Positions 23,490-34,900 of a DNA stretch of 64,000 nucleotides are shown here, in pieces. Under the pieces are notes generated by a model. It worked only from the letters and a program-made list of their open reading frames with translations. It did no database searches and was not told where the DNA came from. Position 1 is the first letter of the stretch. Each line of letters begins with the position of its first letter. Made by a program: the position numbers and the translations under genes. The stretch comes from Antechinus flavipes (Eukaryota), in the NCBI RefSeq assembly GCF_016432865.1, contig NC_067401.1, positions 102,672,001 to 102,736,000 of the forward strand, written 5' to 3'.

Positions 23490-23715
23490 TAAGGTTCATC
23501 AAAAAAAATTATGATGATGATAAGTGTGGAAATATGTATAGAAGAATTGCACATATTTAACATATATTGGATTACTTGCTATCTAGGGGAGGAGGGAAGG
23601 GAAGGGAGGGGAAAATATTTGGAACATAAGATTTTGCAAGGGTGAATGTTAAAAATTATCTGCATATGTTTTAAAAATTAAAAGTTTTAATAACAAACAA
23701 AAAAAAGAAAAATAT
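23490..23715 (+). mobile_element. L1 3' end
   Basis: 'gcaagggtgaatgttaaaaattatctgcatatgttttaaaaattaaaagttttaataac' plus A tail. Confidence 0.85.
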
Positions 23716-23844
23716 TCTGATGTTGGAAAATATCAAAGGAAAAAGGAGAAGGGGATGGAAGAAGGTGAGGTGGATAGGGAATGTCATGGAAGCAATGAAC
23801 ATGAGCTTGGACAGACTTTTATAAACTTGTTAGGTGGTTGATTG

Positions 23845-24450
23845 GTTGGTGAATAGTTGGTTGGTTGGTTGATGTCTAACAAAATGACAACATTATGTTA
23901 GAGTCAAGTTACAGCATGTCCAACTGTGGCTCATCAGACCACTTTGAGCTCAGAATGTTCTGTCACAGGCTGGGCACAAATAGTCCATATGAACATTTGG
24001 GGTGGATTCTCTAACTTTCTGCATCTTGTGTTTCTTTTCAGTTACTTCAGTTTTGCTTTTGTCAGAAAGCACAGCACTTCTCTGATGAGGGCACGCCATG
24101 CTGGGTGGTCTTGTGTCAGTGTCTCCCATGTCATGCAATCAATTCTAAAATTTTTAAGAAAGACCTTGAGGACATCCTTGTATCTCTTTTTCTGACCAAC
24201 ACATGAGCAACTGCTCTGTGTAAGTTCTCCATTAAATAGTCATTTTGGCAAAGATACTTTTGGCATTCAAACAACATGGCCAGTCCAACAGAGTCGCACT
24301 CTCTGCAGTAGAGTAGTTTGAATGTTTGACAATTTAGCTTGAGAAAGGACCTCAGTGTCTGGTATCTTATCCTGCCAGGTGATATTCAGAATCTTCCCTA
24401 GACAATTCAAATGGAAGAGGTTCAGTTTCATTGCACTGAGCTAGTATACT
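23845..24450 (-). mobile_element. RTE LINE 3' portion
   Basis: (TTGG)n tail at left, 'ccatatgaacatttggggtgg', 'gacaattcaaatggaagaggttcag' RTE 3' ORF/UTR motifs. Confidence 0.75.
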
Positions 24451-24469
24451 GCCCAGATTTCATTTTATT

Positions 24470-24705
24470 TTTTTCTCATTTTTTAAAAAACTTTTTGATC
24501 TGATTTTTCTTGTGCAGCAAGATAATTGAATAAATATGTATGCCTATATTGGATTTAACATATATTTTTACCATGTCATCTAGGGGAGAGAGTGCAGGCA
24601 AGAGGGGAGAAAATTGGAACACAAAGTTTTTCAAGAGTCAGTGTTGAAAAAATTATCCTTGCATATGTTTGAAAATAAAAAACTTCAATAAAAAAAGAAA
24701 TAACC
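24470..24705 (+). mobile_element. L1 3' end
   Basis: 'gatctgatttttcttgtgcagcaagataattg...tgttgaaaaattatccttgcatatgtttgaaaataaaaaacttcaataaaaaaag'. Confidence 0.85.
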
Positions 24706-25629
24706 TAAATCAATGAGAAAAAAAAAAAGAACATCGTCAGTGAAATGTATACGGGAAGGAAAAACCGTAGCAAGAGCAAGATATGGGGGTGTCGGAGAAG
24801 AGCCCACATACTTCCATCTCCTATGGAAAATGTATTGGAAGCATAAGCAAGAGTGAAATAATGAATAAGAATGGATTCAATGTATATTGTTGGAAGAAAG
24901 ACCACATTAATGAAATTATAGATCCATGAAAAAGTCCATTGATATCAATATTCATTAAGGTTACTGGATTTACCTGATAACAATTTACTCTTTCCAAAAA
25001 AAATTATATAATCTAACACTCTTCCTGATGATTTTCAGTTTAGCTTTAGGGCACCTGACTTAATTGCCCCAACTAGGAGCTTGTTGTATCAATATGAAAT
25101 TTTAGGACAGCCCTGAGTCCTCATCCTCTTTTAGCTGGGGCCTCAATTGCCCTGGGCCTCTCAGATTCCACCTTTTGGTTTGTTCCATCTCTTGATACAG
25201 GACTGCCAATCATGTTTAGAATGCCTTAGGCATGCCAGTGTTCTACGATATGCAGTGGGACATTTATTGGCATCCAAAACCAGACACAAATCTTTTGGAG
25301 CCAGAATGAGTTTTTGTGCCAGGGCAAAGTATTCCACCACACCAGGCCCCACTGGGTTTGAACTGTCCAAACCCCATTTCTAGCTTAGTCCTTAGTGACC
25401 TATTTCCAGAGTCAAGGTATGTTTTATTGTTGTTTTTTAAAAGAAAACACCTACCATTCATTGCAGTGGAGGATTTCAGGAGAGGAATCAATGTGTGTGA
25501 ATATGCTTCCAGCTCCTGAAGAAGGCAATGGCCTTCTTTTCAAAAGGAACAGATGGTTAGAGGATTTTAGAGCTGGAAGGGATCTTAATGATTATCTATT
25601 CCAAACCTCTTATTTCACAGATGAGGAAA

Positions 25630-25940
25630 CTGAGCCCCAGAGAGAGACAGAGAGAAATGAGAAGACAAAAAGAGAGTCAAAGAAACAGACAGAAAGATAC
25701 AGATGAAAATGGAGAGATAGAAAGACAGAGAAACAGAGAGATTAAATAGAGAGATAGAAAGATGAAAAGAAACAGAGACAGAGAAAAACAGAAAAACAGA
25801 GATAGGTACAGTAGTAGACAGTAGAGAGTAGACACAGGGAAACAAAGAAATACAAAGGCAGAAACTGACCCAGACACAGAGAGAGAAAGATAGAGAGAAA
25901 GAAAAATAGAGAAAAGAGAAAACGATACAAAGAGATATGT
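25630..25940. repeat. Degenerate GA/GACA purine-rich tract following a MIR fragment (25550-25640)
   Basis: agagacagagag/aaga iterations; causes spurious S/L/F-rich ORFs. Confidence 0.85.
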
Positions 25941-26059
25941 ATATATGCTGTCTAAAACTATTTATTAATAACTTACTTTTTTAGTTTTCTATAACTTTAT
26001 GCTTATATTTTTACTACATATATGTATATATCCATAAACATATTTTTATATCATTATAG

Positions 26060-26201
26060 TGTGACTCTAGTATTCCAAGTTAATGAAATCTGTTTGCCTC
26101 AGATTCCTCATCTGTAACATGGGAATAATAGCACCTACTTCCCAGGGTTGTTGTAAGGATCAAATGACAATATTTGTAAAGATTTTCAAGCATTGGTGTT
26201 T
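26060..26201 (+). mobile_element. MIR SINE (host of the young L1; tail resumes at 27441-27475)
   Basis: 'gcctcagattcctcatctgtaacatgggaataatagcacctacttcccagggttgttg'. Confidence 0.8.
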
Positions 26202-27440
26202 TTTTTAATTTTTATTTAATAATTACTTTATATTGACACTTGTTTCTGTTCCGATTTTTTTTTCCCTCCCTCCCTCCACCCCCTCCCCTAGATGGCAAGC
26301 AGTCCTTTATATGTTGGATATGTTGCAGTATATCCTAGATACAATATATGTTTGCAGAACCGAACAGTTCTCTTGTTGCACAGGGAGAATTGGATTCAGA
26401 AGGTATAAATAACCCGGGAAGAAAAACAAAAATGCAGATAGTTCACATTCGTTTCCCAGTGTTCTTTCTTTGGGTGTAGCTGCTTTTGTCCATTGTTTAT
26501 CAATTGAAACTCAGGCCTCTTTGTCAAAGAAATCCACTTCCATCAAAATATGTCCTCATACAATATCGTTGTCGAAGTGTATAATGATCCCCTGGTTCTG
26601 CTCATTTCACTTAGCATCAGTTCATGTAAGTCTCGCCAGTCCTCTCTGTATTCATCCTGCTGGTCATTTCTTACAGAACAATAATATTCCATAACATTCA
26701 TATACCACAATTTACCCAGCCATTCTCCAATTGATGGGCATCCATTCGTTTTCCAGTTTCTAGCCACTACAAACAGGGCTGCTACAAACATTTTGGCACA
26801 TACAGGTCCCTTTCCCTTCTTTAGTATTTCTTTGGGATATAAGCCCAATAGAAACACTGCTGGATCAAAGGGTATGCACAATTTGATAATTTTTTGGGCA
26901 TAATTCCAGATTGCTCTCCAGAATGGTTGGATTCGTTCACAACTCCACCAACAATGCATTAGTGTCCCAGTTTTCCCGCATCCCCTCCAACATTCATCAT
27001 TATTTTTTCCTGTCATCTTAGCCAATCTGACAGGTGTGTAGTGGTATCTCAGAGTTGTCTTAATTTGCATTTCTCTGATCAATAATGATTTGGAACACTC
27101 TTTCATATGAGTGGTAATAGTTTCAATTTCATCCTCTGAAAATTGTCTGTTCATATCCTTTGACCAATTATCAATTGGAGAATGGCTTGATTTCTTATAA
27201 ATTTGAGTCAGTTCTCTATATATTTTGGAAATGAAGCCTTTATCAGAACCTTTAACTGTGAAGATGTTTTCCCAGTTTGTTGCTTCCCTTCTAATCTTGT
27301 TTGCATTAGTTTTATTTGTACAAAGGCTTTTTAATTTGATGTAATCAAAATTTTCTATTTTGTGATCAGTAATGGTCTCTAGTTCATCTTTGGTCACAAA
27401 TTTCTTTCTCCTCCACAAGTCTGAGAGATAAACTATTCTA
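26202..27440 (-). mobile_element. Young 5'-truncated L1 with 14-bp TSD
   Basis: TSD aagcattggtgttt at 26188-26201 and 27441-27454; T tail at left; about ten CpGs retained. Confidence 0.97.
26543..27418 (-). CDS. L1 ORF2 C-terminal region (partial, uninterrupted, 291 aa in track); no EN/RT, so not autonomous
   Basis: SDKGFISKIY, HYTPVRLA and Cys-rich CWRGCGKTGTLMHCWWSC motifs of the L1 ORF2p C-domain. Confidence 0.9.
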   Translation of the reverse strand: MWRRKKFVTKDELETITDHKIENFDYIKLKSLCTNKTNANKIRREATNWENIFTVKGSDKGFISKIYRELTQIYKKSSHSPIDNWSKDMNRQFSEDEIETITTHMKECSKSLLIREMQIKTTLRYHYTPVRLAKMTGKNNDECWRGCGKTGTLMHCWWSCERIQPFWRAIWNYAQKIIKLCIPFDPAVFLLGLYPKEILKKGKGPVCAKMFVAALFVVARNWKTNGCPSIGEWLGKLWYMNVMEYYCSVRNDQQDEYREDWRDLHELMLSEMSRTRGSLYTSTTILYEDIF

Positions 27441-27749
27441 AAGCATTGGTGTTTAATAAATACTTCTTTTCTATTATAGATTGAACCTCCTAAAATGTGA
27501 TCTCCTCAAAAGAAAAATAAACAAAAAGGTATGCAAAAGAAAATTACACAGTTACCATACTAAAAATTTTTAAAGGACTGGCCTATTTGGAAGAAATTGT
27601 TCTTTTTTTCCCTAAAGGCAAACATGGTATATTTGTCAAGTTGTTACTTTGGTTAACCATTGTTCTGAAATTCATATATTTTTTCCATCATGCCACAATA
27701 TCCCTAATATCTCCCTTCCAAAAACATTTTATTCAATATATAAGCTACA

Positions 27750-27940
27750 TCTCATCTGTAGAATGACTTTAGAGAGTTGTTTGGAGAACCAAAAGCTTAA
27801 GTGACTTGTCCATTTGCAAGCAGTATATGTAAGAAGTAGGGCTGGAACCCAGGATTGTATTTAGTGACTTGCCTAAAGTTACAGTACTAATCTGTTTCAA
27901 AGACAGAACTTGAATTCAGGTCCTCCTAATATCAAGAATG
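27750..27940 (-). mobile_element. MIR fragments
   Basis: Two 'aagtgacttg' reverse-CORE segments. Confidence 0.6.
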
Positions 27941-28017
27941 GCCCTCTTTATAATAAATACCTTGCATAGATTAATCCCCTAAAAATGAGTGCTAAAGTGA
28001 ATTAAATGTATATTCTT

Positions 28018-28300
28018 GGGGCAGCTAGATATTCTGATGCAATGGATAGAGCACTGAGCCTGAAATCAGGAAGACCAAGACACCAGACCAATCTTCTTGA
28101 GGTTAAATCCATCCTCAAACACTTAACTGTGTGAACCTGGGTAAGTCACTTAATTCTGTTTGCTTCAGCTTCCTCATCTGTAAAAGAATCTGGAGAAGGA
28201 AATCTCAAACTACTGCAATATCTTTGACAAGAAAACCCTGAAAAAAAAAAAAGAGAGAGAGCTCACAAAGACTCTGAAAAGGACTAAAGAATAAGAACAA
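28018..28300 (+). mobile_element. Mar1 CORE-SINE
   Basis: 'ggggcagctag...gcaatggatagagcactgagcctgaaatcaggaagac' head; 'ggagaaggaaatctcaaactactgcaatatctttgacaagaaaaccc' tail. Confidence 0.8.
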
Positions 28301-28934
28301 AGGACTTAAATTGAATGGAGTTTATTTTGCCTAATCACTTTAGGAAGTTACAATGACCATTTTTGCTATATAATTTCTCCACTGGTATGAGAATATCTTA
28401 TTTTGGAGTATTAAGTCCAAATCGAATATTTCTTGAACATATGGCGTCTTTGTCCACTCCTAGAAGTACTTGAGCCCTTAACTTAGATATACTATCTTGA
28501 GTTTCCTAGAAAGTGTTTTTTTTTTAAGTCAAGATTTCTGGTCAATTTGTTTCCTTCTCATGATCAGCTAATAAAAATACTACCCTTAAGTCTAGAGGTG
28601 GGCTCTGAATTCATTCCACCTGCTTCATCAGTGGAAACCACTTTTTTTTTCTCAGCAGGAAACAATTATTAGGCACTTAGAAAGTACTACTTATTCTGGT
28701 AAATATGTTTTTTTTTCTATTTCTGTGCTGTGCAAAGAGTGGAAATACTGGATTTCCATAGTGAGTTGATTGCTTCACTTGATTAAGTTTAAAATTAAAT
28801 TAAATTTTGCAACTAGTCAGAGGAAACACCAAATTAAATTGATGAAATGATTGATGAACATATTGAGGATGTTTAGATTTTGATGAAGAATAGTATCTAA
28901 GAGAACAATTTCCTATCTTTCTTACCTAGACATA

Positions 28935-29190
28935 ATAATAATAATAGCTAACACTCACATAGAGCTCACTATGTGCCAGATTTTGTGCTAAGTTCTTTAC
29001 AATTATTGCTTCATTTGATCCTCACAACAATGCTGGGAGGTAAGTGCTATTAACAATAATAGCTAACATTTATATGGTACTTACCATATGCCAGACACTG
29101 TGCTAAATGCTTTACAATTATTACTTCATTTGATCCTCATGACAACCCTGGAAGATAGGAATTATTGTTAACCCCATTTTACAGATAAGG
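28935..29190 (-). mobile_element. Two tandem MIR 3' segments
   Basis: About 115-bp unit 'ataatagctaaca...ttcatttgatcctca' occurs twice. Confidence 0.75.
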
Positions 29191-29229
29191 AAATCGCTCT
29201 GCTTAGTTTCCATTCTACATAACAACGTG

Positions 29230-29410
29230 GCTGGTGCTGAGTACCCCCTCCTTCCTTTTCAGCTTCCTTTTGTATTTTGTCCTCTCCTTTAAATTATAAA
29301 CTCCTTGAGGGCAGGAATTGTCTCTTTTTCTTATTTGTATCTCCAATGTGCAATACAGTGCCTGGTGTATAGTAAATGCTTGATAAATGTTTATTGAATT
29401 AAATTGAATA
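29230..29410 (+). mobile_element. L2 3' end
   Basis: 'aaactccttgagggcagga...cagtgcctggtgtatagtaaatgcttgataaatgtttattgaatt'. Confidence 0.85.
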
Positions 29411-30065
29411 CCTTGAAAATCCACAGTTCCTTCCACCAGACTAATAGTACAATCAAGCAGGGTTTCCATTTTTCACACCAGACCATTTTGAAAAGCTTTA
29501 ATTTTAGCTTAATTGTACCTTAAGCCATATTTGTCCCAAAGCTATTTCACTTCATTTATACCTGTCTCTTTTAAGATGACTTTTCTTTCAAATGCAATTT
29601 AAACAAAAGCTAAATTTAACTGTATGTTCACAAATCCTTCATTTGCCAGTTTCCTCCTACAATTGTGCCTCTGCCTGCCCCTTGAAAGAGCCTGCTTCTC
29701 ATAAACTTATCCAAAGACTTCATGTCCCATCACTCTATTACAGCCCCTGTTAGCTTCAATGACCTTCCAGGATAAGAGGCAGACAGGAAAGAGATGTTTT
29801 GATTGCCTTCCTGGCTATCAGAAGAGATCTGATTACTCTATTTGAAAAATTAACAGAGCATCCTCATAGAATTGTTGAGGTTATCTAACCCAACCTTGTC
29901 ATTTGATAAATGAGAAATTGAAGGCTCAGAGAGATGAAGAGATTTGGTCCCAATCATTCAGAAGCAAACCTAGACTAGAGCCCTAGGCCATCTGACTCCC
30001 ATCATGTCTAGGGATCTTTTCATATGTAACATCAAAATGCCTGATTGGCAAATACATTTCTAAGG

Positions 30066-30263
30066 CAATAGTTCTTAATCTATTCCAATCATGAGTCCCT
30101 TTGGCAATCTGGTGAAGCTTTTGAACCCCTTCTCAGAAGAGTGTTTTTTAAATACATGAAAAATAAAAAATTTAGTGAATTAGAAAACAAAGCAACTTCA
30201 CTGGAACAGTTATAAATTAAAAAAAAAAAAAACAAGTTTGTAAGCTTCAAACTAAGAATCCTG
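30066..30263. mobile_element. hAT-Charlie type MITE
   Basis: TIR-like ends caatagttcttaa / ctaagaatcctg; ctaagg present on both flanks (partial 8-bp TSD); related copies at about 38265-38480 and 58625-58810. Confidence 0.7.
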
Positions 30264-30537
30264 CTAAGGTGCTCACACACAGAATATGTGCCTGTTTGTT
30301 TGTTTTAACCTTGTGTCATAAGTCTGTAATGTCATATATGAAGGTCTCTTATTCAATTTTAAACGTCAGTGATGTGGGGCTTAGAAAGAAAGAATGACCT
30401 GATTTCCATCAGTGGAAAAAAAGAATCAATCAATGAATCAATAAGCTTTCATTAATTGACTACCATGTATCAAGCACTATGGAAGGCACTAGGGATTTAA
30501 ATACTGACTACTACAGTAGTCAGTGACTTCTAAAATT

Positions 30538-31190
30538 GTACTTCCTCAGCCACCATCAGTGTACAGACAATCAGTGGTAGTACGCTACCAATTAGTCAGA
30601 CTCCATTAACTTTTAAAGGGAGAATTTACTGAGAAAGCATAGCAAAAACTATTGGTACAAAGAATTCTCACCAAACTAGGAAAGTACTACTCCCTTAAAC
30701 ACCCAAGTGCCTAGGGAGAGTGGGCTCAAATTTAAAGCACAATAATAAAATATACATTTAAGAACATTTTGAGGAAAAGGTAACAATTCCTGATTCCTGA
30801 TTTTTGAAATCCTTTTCTCCCTTTGTGGAATCCTTATGATGTTACTCTATAGCTCTCTGCTGAAGGTATTGGACTGGGTCTAGCTAGTATATGGTACTTT
30901 CTTCCCTGCTTTTGCTCAAGTGTTGGAGGAGAAGATATCAGCTGCCCCCTAGCAACTGCTCTAGTTCCTTACTGGGCTTGACTGGCATTGGGCTGGGTTA
31001 GTTGGCATCCTGCTATCTCTCCAAAACTTCGATATCTACAAGATTTCTCCTTATGGCTCCCTATCTCTCATTTGCCCCTAATATAATAATAATTACTACT
31101 ACCATTTCCTGTGAATTCTGCTGTTATTTCTGATCATTGATGGGATTTTTGGATTTCTCATGATATTTCCATGAGTCACTATAATATCTA
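30538..31190 (-). mobile_element. Probable solo LTR
   Basis: Minus strand ends ...GAAGTACA, with an AGTAAA/T-rich poly(A) context about 90 nt before; 5' boundary uncertain. Confidence 0.45.
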
Positions 31191-31379
31191 TCCTCTCCCT
31201 TCTCAGAAAACTCATTCACCCAAGATCAGGAAAAAAATTTTTTTAAATGAACAAAGATACCATGTGTTCAGAAACATGAAGCTGGGTGAGGGGAATACAA
31301 AAAGCTATCTTTTCATCAACTCAGAGCAGTCCTTCTCACTCAAAGCCTCTAAGGAAAATACTAAGAAATGAGTAGGTCA

Positions 31380-31800
31380 CATTCTTTATACATTTTTCAT
31401 TTTTTCACCTTTATTTAAAATTAAATATTAAGTAACAAAAATTTGCCTTCTTTTCTCCCATCTCTTCCACGATTCAAAAATTTTTAAAAAATAGTTCTGA
31501 GAATTATGTATACTTGAGTAGAACAAAACCCAACATTAGCCACATCCATAATTAGATGGAGAAGAGCAAGAATTAGGGCTAGAGATGGAGATATAGTTAT
31601 AGATTTAGAAGATTTACCTTCTAAAACATCCTATTCTTTTAGAAGTTATTCCTTCAAAATTTGTATTTCTATCTTCATCTCTAACTTTATGTCTTAGTCT
31701 ATATTTTGAGTCCATCACTTCTCTGTCAGAAGATAGATAGCATGCTTCATCATTAGTCTTCTGGAATCATGGTTGGTCATTGAATTATAGATGACAATTT
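31380..31800 (-). mobile_element. Old L1 3' UTR fragment
   Basis: 'tctgtcagaagatagatagcatgcttcatcattagtcttctggaatcatggttggtcatt'. Confidence 0.65.
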
Positions 31801-32089
31801 TTGTACACACAACCAGTACCAGTACCAACTCCTGAATCATTGTTTCTTCTGGTTTTATAAGCCAATTGGAAGGCTTGGGGTTTTGAGTCATCATATAGTT
31901 TGAAAACTGACATATCTATATGGGTTCTGTATAAGCCACTAGGAAAGGTTAAATTTATATGTAATTGAAATGCCACTCTATATATCTTCTAGTTCCCATT
32001 ACACACACATACTTCCTCTTACAAATAGGAAGAGAAAAATACAAGGTGTCCCTGTGATAGAGGCCAGATGGAAAAAATGTGATGGAAAA

Positions 32090-32960
32090 AAAATGGCCAA
32101 GATATGTCTACTGATGGTATATGTGAGATGAGAAAGAATATGATCAAATAAAGTCCATTTCTTTCCTTATGAAGCATACAATACAGTAGCAGAATGAAAC
32201 ATAAAGATAGTAACTGTAACTAGATGTATAAATGAATAAGTAAAGTTGTTTGAGTAGGAAGGTTATTATTGACTGTGGAATGGGCAGTGAATGCTACATG
32301 AAATTGGTAGCCTCTGATTTGGGCTTTAATGAACAGGCAAAATTTTCCCAAGTAGAACGAGAGAAGGGGAGCCATTCCAGAAATAGGAAACAGAATGAGA
32401 AAATGCTCATAGGCAGGAAAGTATAAAACATGTATGAGAATACAGAATAGTACAGTTTGGTTGAAATGTAGCACACACGGAGAGGAGCAGTACAAGATGA
32501 GGCTGTCAAGGCTACTGGCAGATCAGGGATGCAGAAGAATATCAGGTAGATTCATGGGGAAATTCAAGACCTTAATTCACTAGCTAATAGGGAGAGCCAT
32601 TAAAGGATTTTAAATAAAGAAGTTATATGAATAGGTCTATACTTAGGAAAATTAATCTGACAGCAATATGAATGATGATTTGAAGACAATAAAGAGTAGA
32701 GAGATGAAAACTGTCTATTGAAATAGCCCAGAAGAATGTAATGAGGCACTATACTGGAGTGGTGTCAGTAGGGTTAGAGGAAAATGGGCCAGATATATGT
32801 GAGAAATGATGTGGGAAGAGAGTTGGCAGGACTTGAATATACTTGGAGGTAGAAAGATTTATAGATATCACTGAGATTTCAAACACGGAAATATGTACAT
32901 AGGATGGATAGCAGGGGAGAGCCTAGAATCTGGAAAATCAGTTCGGAGTTTGTTGTAATG
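32090..32960 (-). mobile_element. L2 LINE fragment
   Basis: Purine-rich L2 body 'aatagggagagccattaaaggatttt', 'ggaaaattaatctgacagc'. Confidence 0.65.
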
Positions 32961-32967
32961 GTCTAGG

Positions 32968-33067
32968 TGAAAGGTAACAAGGATGTGAATCACATACGGT
33001 GAGTGAGAAGGATATGCTGAAAGGTAACAAGGATGTGAATCACATACGGTGAGAGAGAAAGGTATGC
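32968..33067. repeat. 50-bp tandem duplication (2 copies, 3 mismatches)
   Basis: tgaaaggtaacaaggatgtgaatcacatacggtgag... at 32968 and 33018. Confidence 0.95.
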
Positions 33068-33299
33068 TGGACCATCTGGTCCACTGTCAGGGCAGGCTCA
33101 GGGATGGGCTTAGCCTGAGGGATGCAGCCAAGGTTCTCTCTGATGGATACAAGGTTTATGGAACCAGTCCCACCAGGATGGAAAATCCTATTGGTTTGTA
33201 ATGATGAATCGGTCCAAGGAAAAAAGTCAGCATTGCTCACCTTATTCTACTTTGTAACTTCCTATTTATATAATCTAGATGAGACAGAACTCTAATTAC

Positions 33300-33545
33300 T
33301 AAAATAATAATAATAGTGGTAGTAAATTATTATTTAGTGCTTTAAGGTTCACAAAGTGCTTTTATATTTTATTTTGTCCAAAAAAATAACTCTGAGAGGA
33401 AGGTGTTATTATTATCTTCATGATACAGATAAGGAAACTGAGTAAAACAGAAATTAAGTGACTTGTCCATTGCTATCCCTTAGTAAAAATCTGAGGTCAC
33501 ATTTGAACTTAGATCTTCCTGACTGTAGATCCAACACTCTGCCTA
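33300..33545 (-). mobile_element. MIR SINE
   Basis: 'cagataaggaaactgag...aagtgacttgtcc...tttgaacttagatcttcctgact'. Confidence 0.8.
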
Positions 33546-34249
33546 CCAAAAATCTCCTTTTTGTCTACAGAGAACTGGGAACCATGTACTTCTAAAATTT
33601 AAGTAGAGGAATATAGATTTCCCTAAATTTCTCTATTGTGTTTGTACTTCTAATTGTCAAAAAAATCTGCATCTGTTAGATCACCTCAGTCAGGATTATA
33701 ACTAATGCTTCTGCCTCACCTGGTTTGTGAACTTGCTCATGATGCCTGTGCCATTATATTTTCCAGAGTTTAGGATTTCCAGATTGGAAGCAATGACCTC
33801 AGCAGAAATCACGAGTCTTTTTTTGTTTTTTTGTTTGTTTTAGAAAACTCACACTCCTCTAATTTAATTTTTTAGAGGTAAATAGCTCTCAGATTTGACC
33901 CAAACTTCCCTCATGGGAAGAAAAATTCTTGCTAGGAATATCTGAATTTAAATCCACTCTCAGATGATGTTATCTGTATCTAGAGAAAGAAGTGGTAAAT
34001 ATAAGTATGTGTAAAATGTTTATATATAGAGGGACAGAGACAAAGAAACAGACAGAGAGACAGACAGAGAGGCAGAAACAGAGAAATTTGAATCTAATGA
34101 TAGCCATCTCTGAGGCTGAACTGGGGGAGAGAAGAAAAAAAGGGAAAAAATTACATGATAACTTTATTATATATTTAGAAGAAACAGAAAGTTGCAGATT
34201 TACAGTTTCTTGTGAAATCATCTTTTTTATTCTACTATGTTATAGAAAT

Positions 34250-34394
34250 ATTTTATTTTATTTTATTTTTGCTGAGGCAATTGAGGTTAAGTGACTTGCC
34301 CAGGGTTACACAGCCAGGAAGTGTTAAGTGTCTGAGACCAGATTTGAACTCAGGTCGTCCTGACTTCAGGACTGGTGCTCTACCCACTGATCCC
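34250..34394 (-). mobile_element. WSINE1 CORE-SINE
   Basis: 'gctgaggcaattgaggttaagtgacttgcccagggttacacagccaggaagtgttaagtgtctgagaccagatttgaactcagg' with T-rich tail. Confidence 0.9.
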
Positions 34395-34459
34395 CACTTT
34401 ATTTCTTAAGCTCAGAATAAAATAAATAAATTTTTTAAAAAGTAAAATAAATTCAATTT

Positions 34460-34900
34460 CAGGTACTTGCTAGCTGTGTGAATCTTGATGAATCACCTAA
34501 TTTCTGTCTGCCTCAGATTCTTCATCAGTAAAATGATCATAATAATAGACAACAGTTACATGGCTCATTGGATAGAGTGCTGGGCCTGGAGTCAGGAAGA
34601 CTCATCTTCCTGAGTTCAAATCAAAAGCCTCAAACACTTATTAGCTATGTGATCCTGAGCAAATCATTTAACTCTGTTTGCCTCAGTTTCCTCATCTGTA
34701 AAATGAGCTGAAGAAGGAAAGAGCAAACCACTCCAGCATCTTTGCCAAGGAAACTCCAAATAAGGTCGCAGAGAGGTGGATCTACTAAACAACAACATAA
34801 TACCGTTCTCCACTTAGGTTTGTTGTGAGAATAAAGTGTGACAATATTTGTAAAGTATTTCACAAACCTTAAAGCATTACATAATGCTAGCTATCATTAT
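34460..34900 (+). mobile_element. MIR split by a nested Mar1 (about 34553-34800)
   Basis: MIR CORE at 34500-34545 resumes at about 34800; complete Mar1 head-to-tail in between. Confidence 0.75.

Noticed and set aside
25615-25930. S/L/F-rich hydrophobic ORFs
   Set aside because: Translation of a GA-rich low-complexity tract
29700-29820. Apparent GATA and nuclear-receptor half-site cluster
   Set aside because: Two of the three GATA cores are GGATAA rather than WGATAR; not above background
32968-33067. Direct repeats as possible CRISPR-like array
   Set aside because: Only two adjacent units with no spacers, in a mammalian genome
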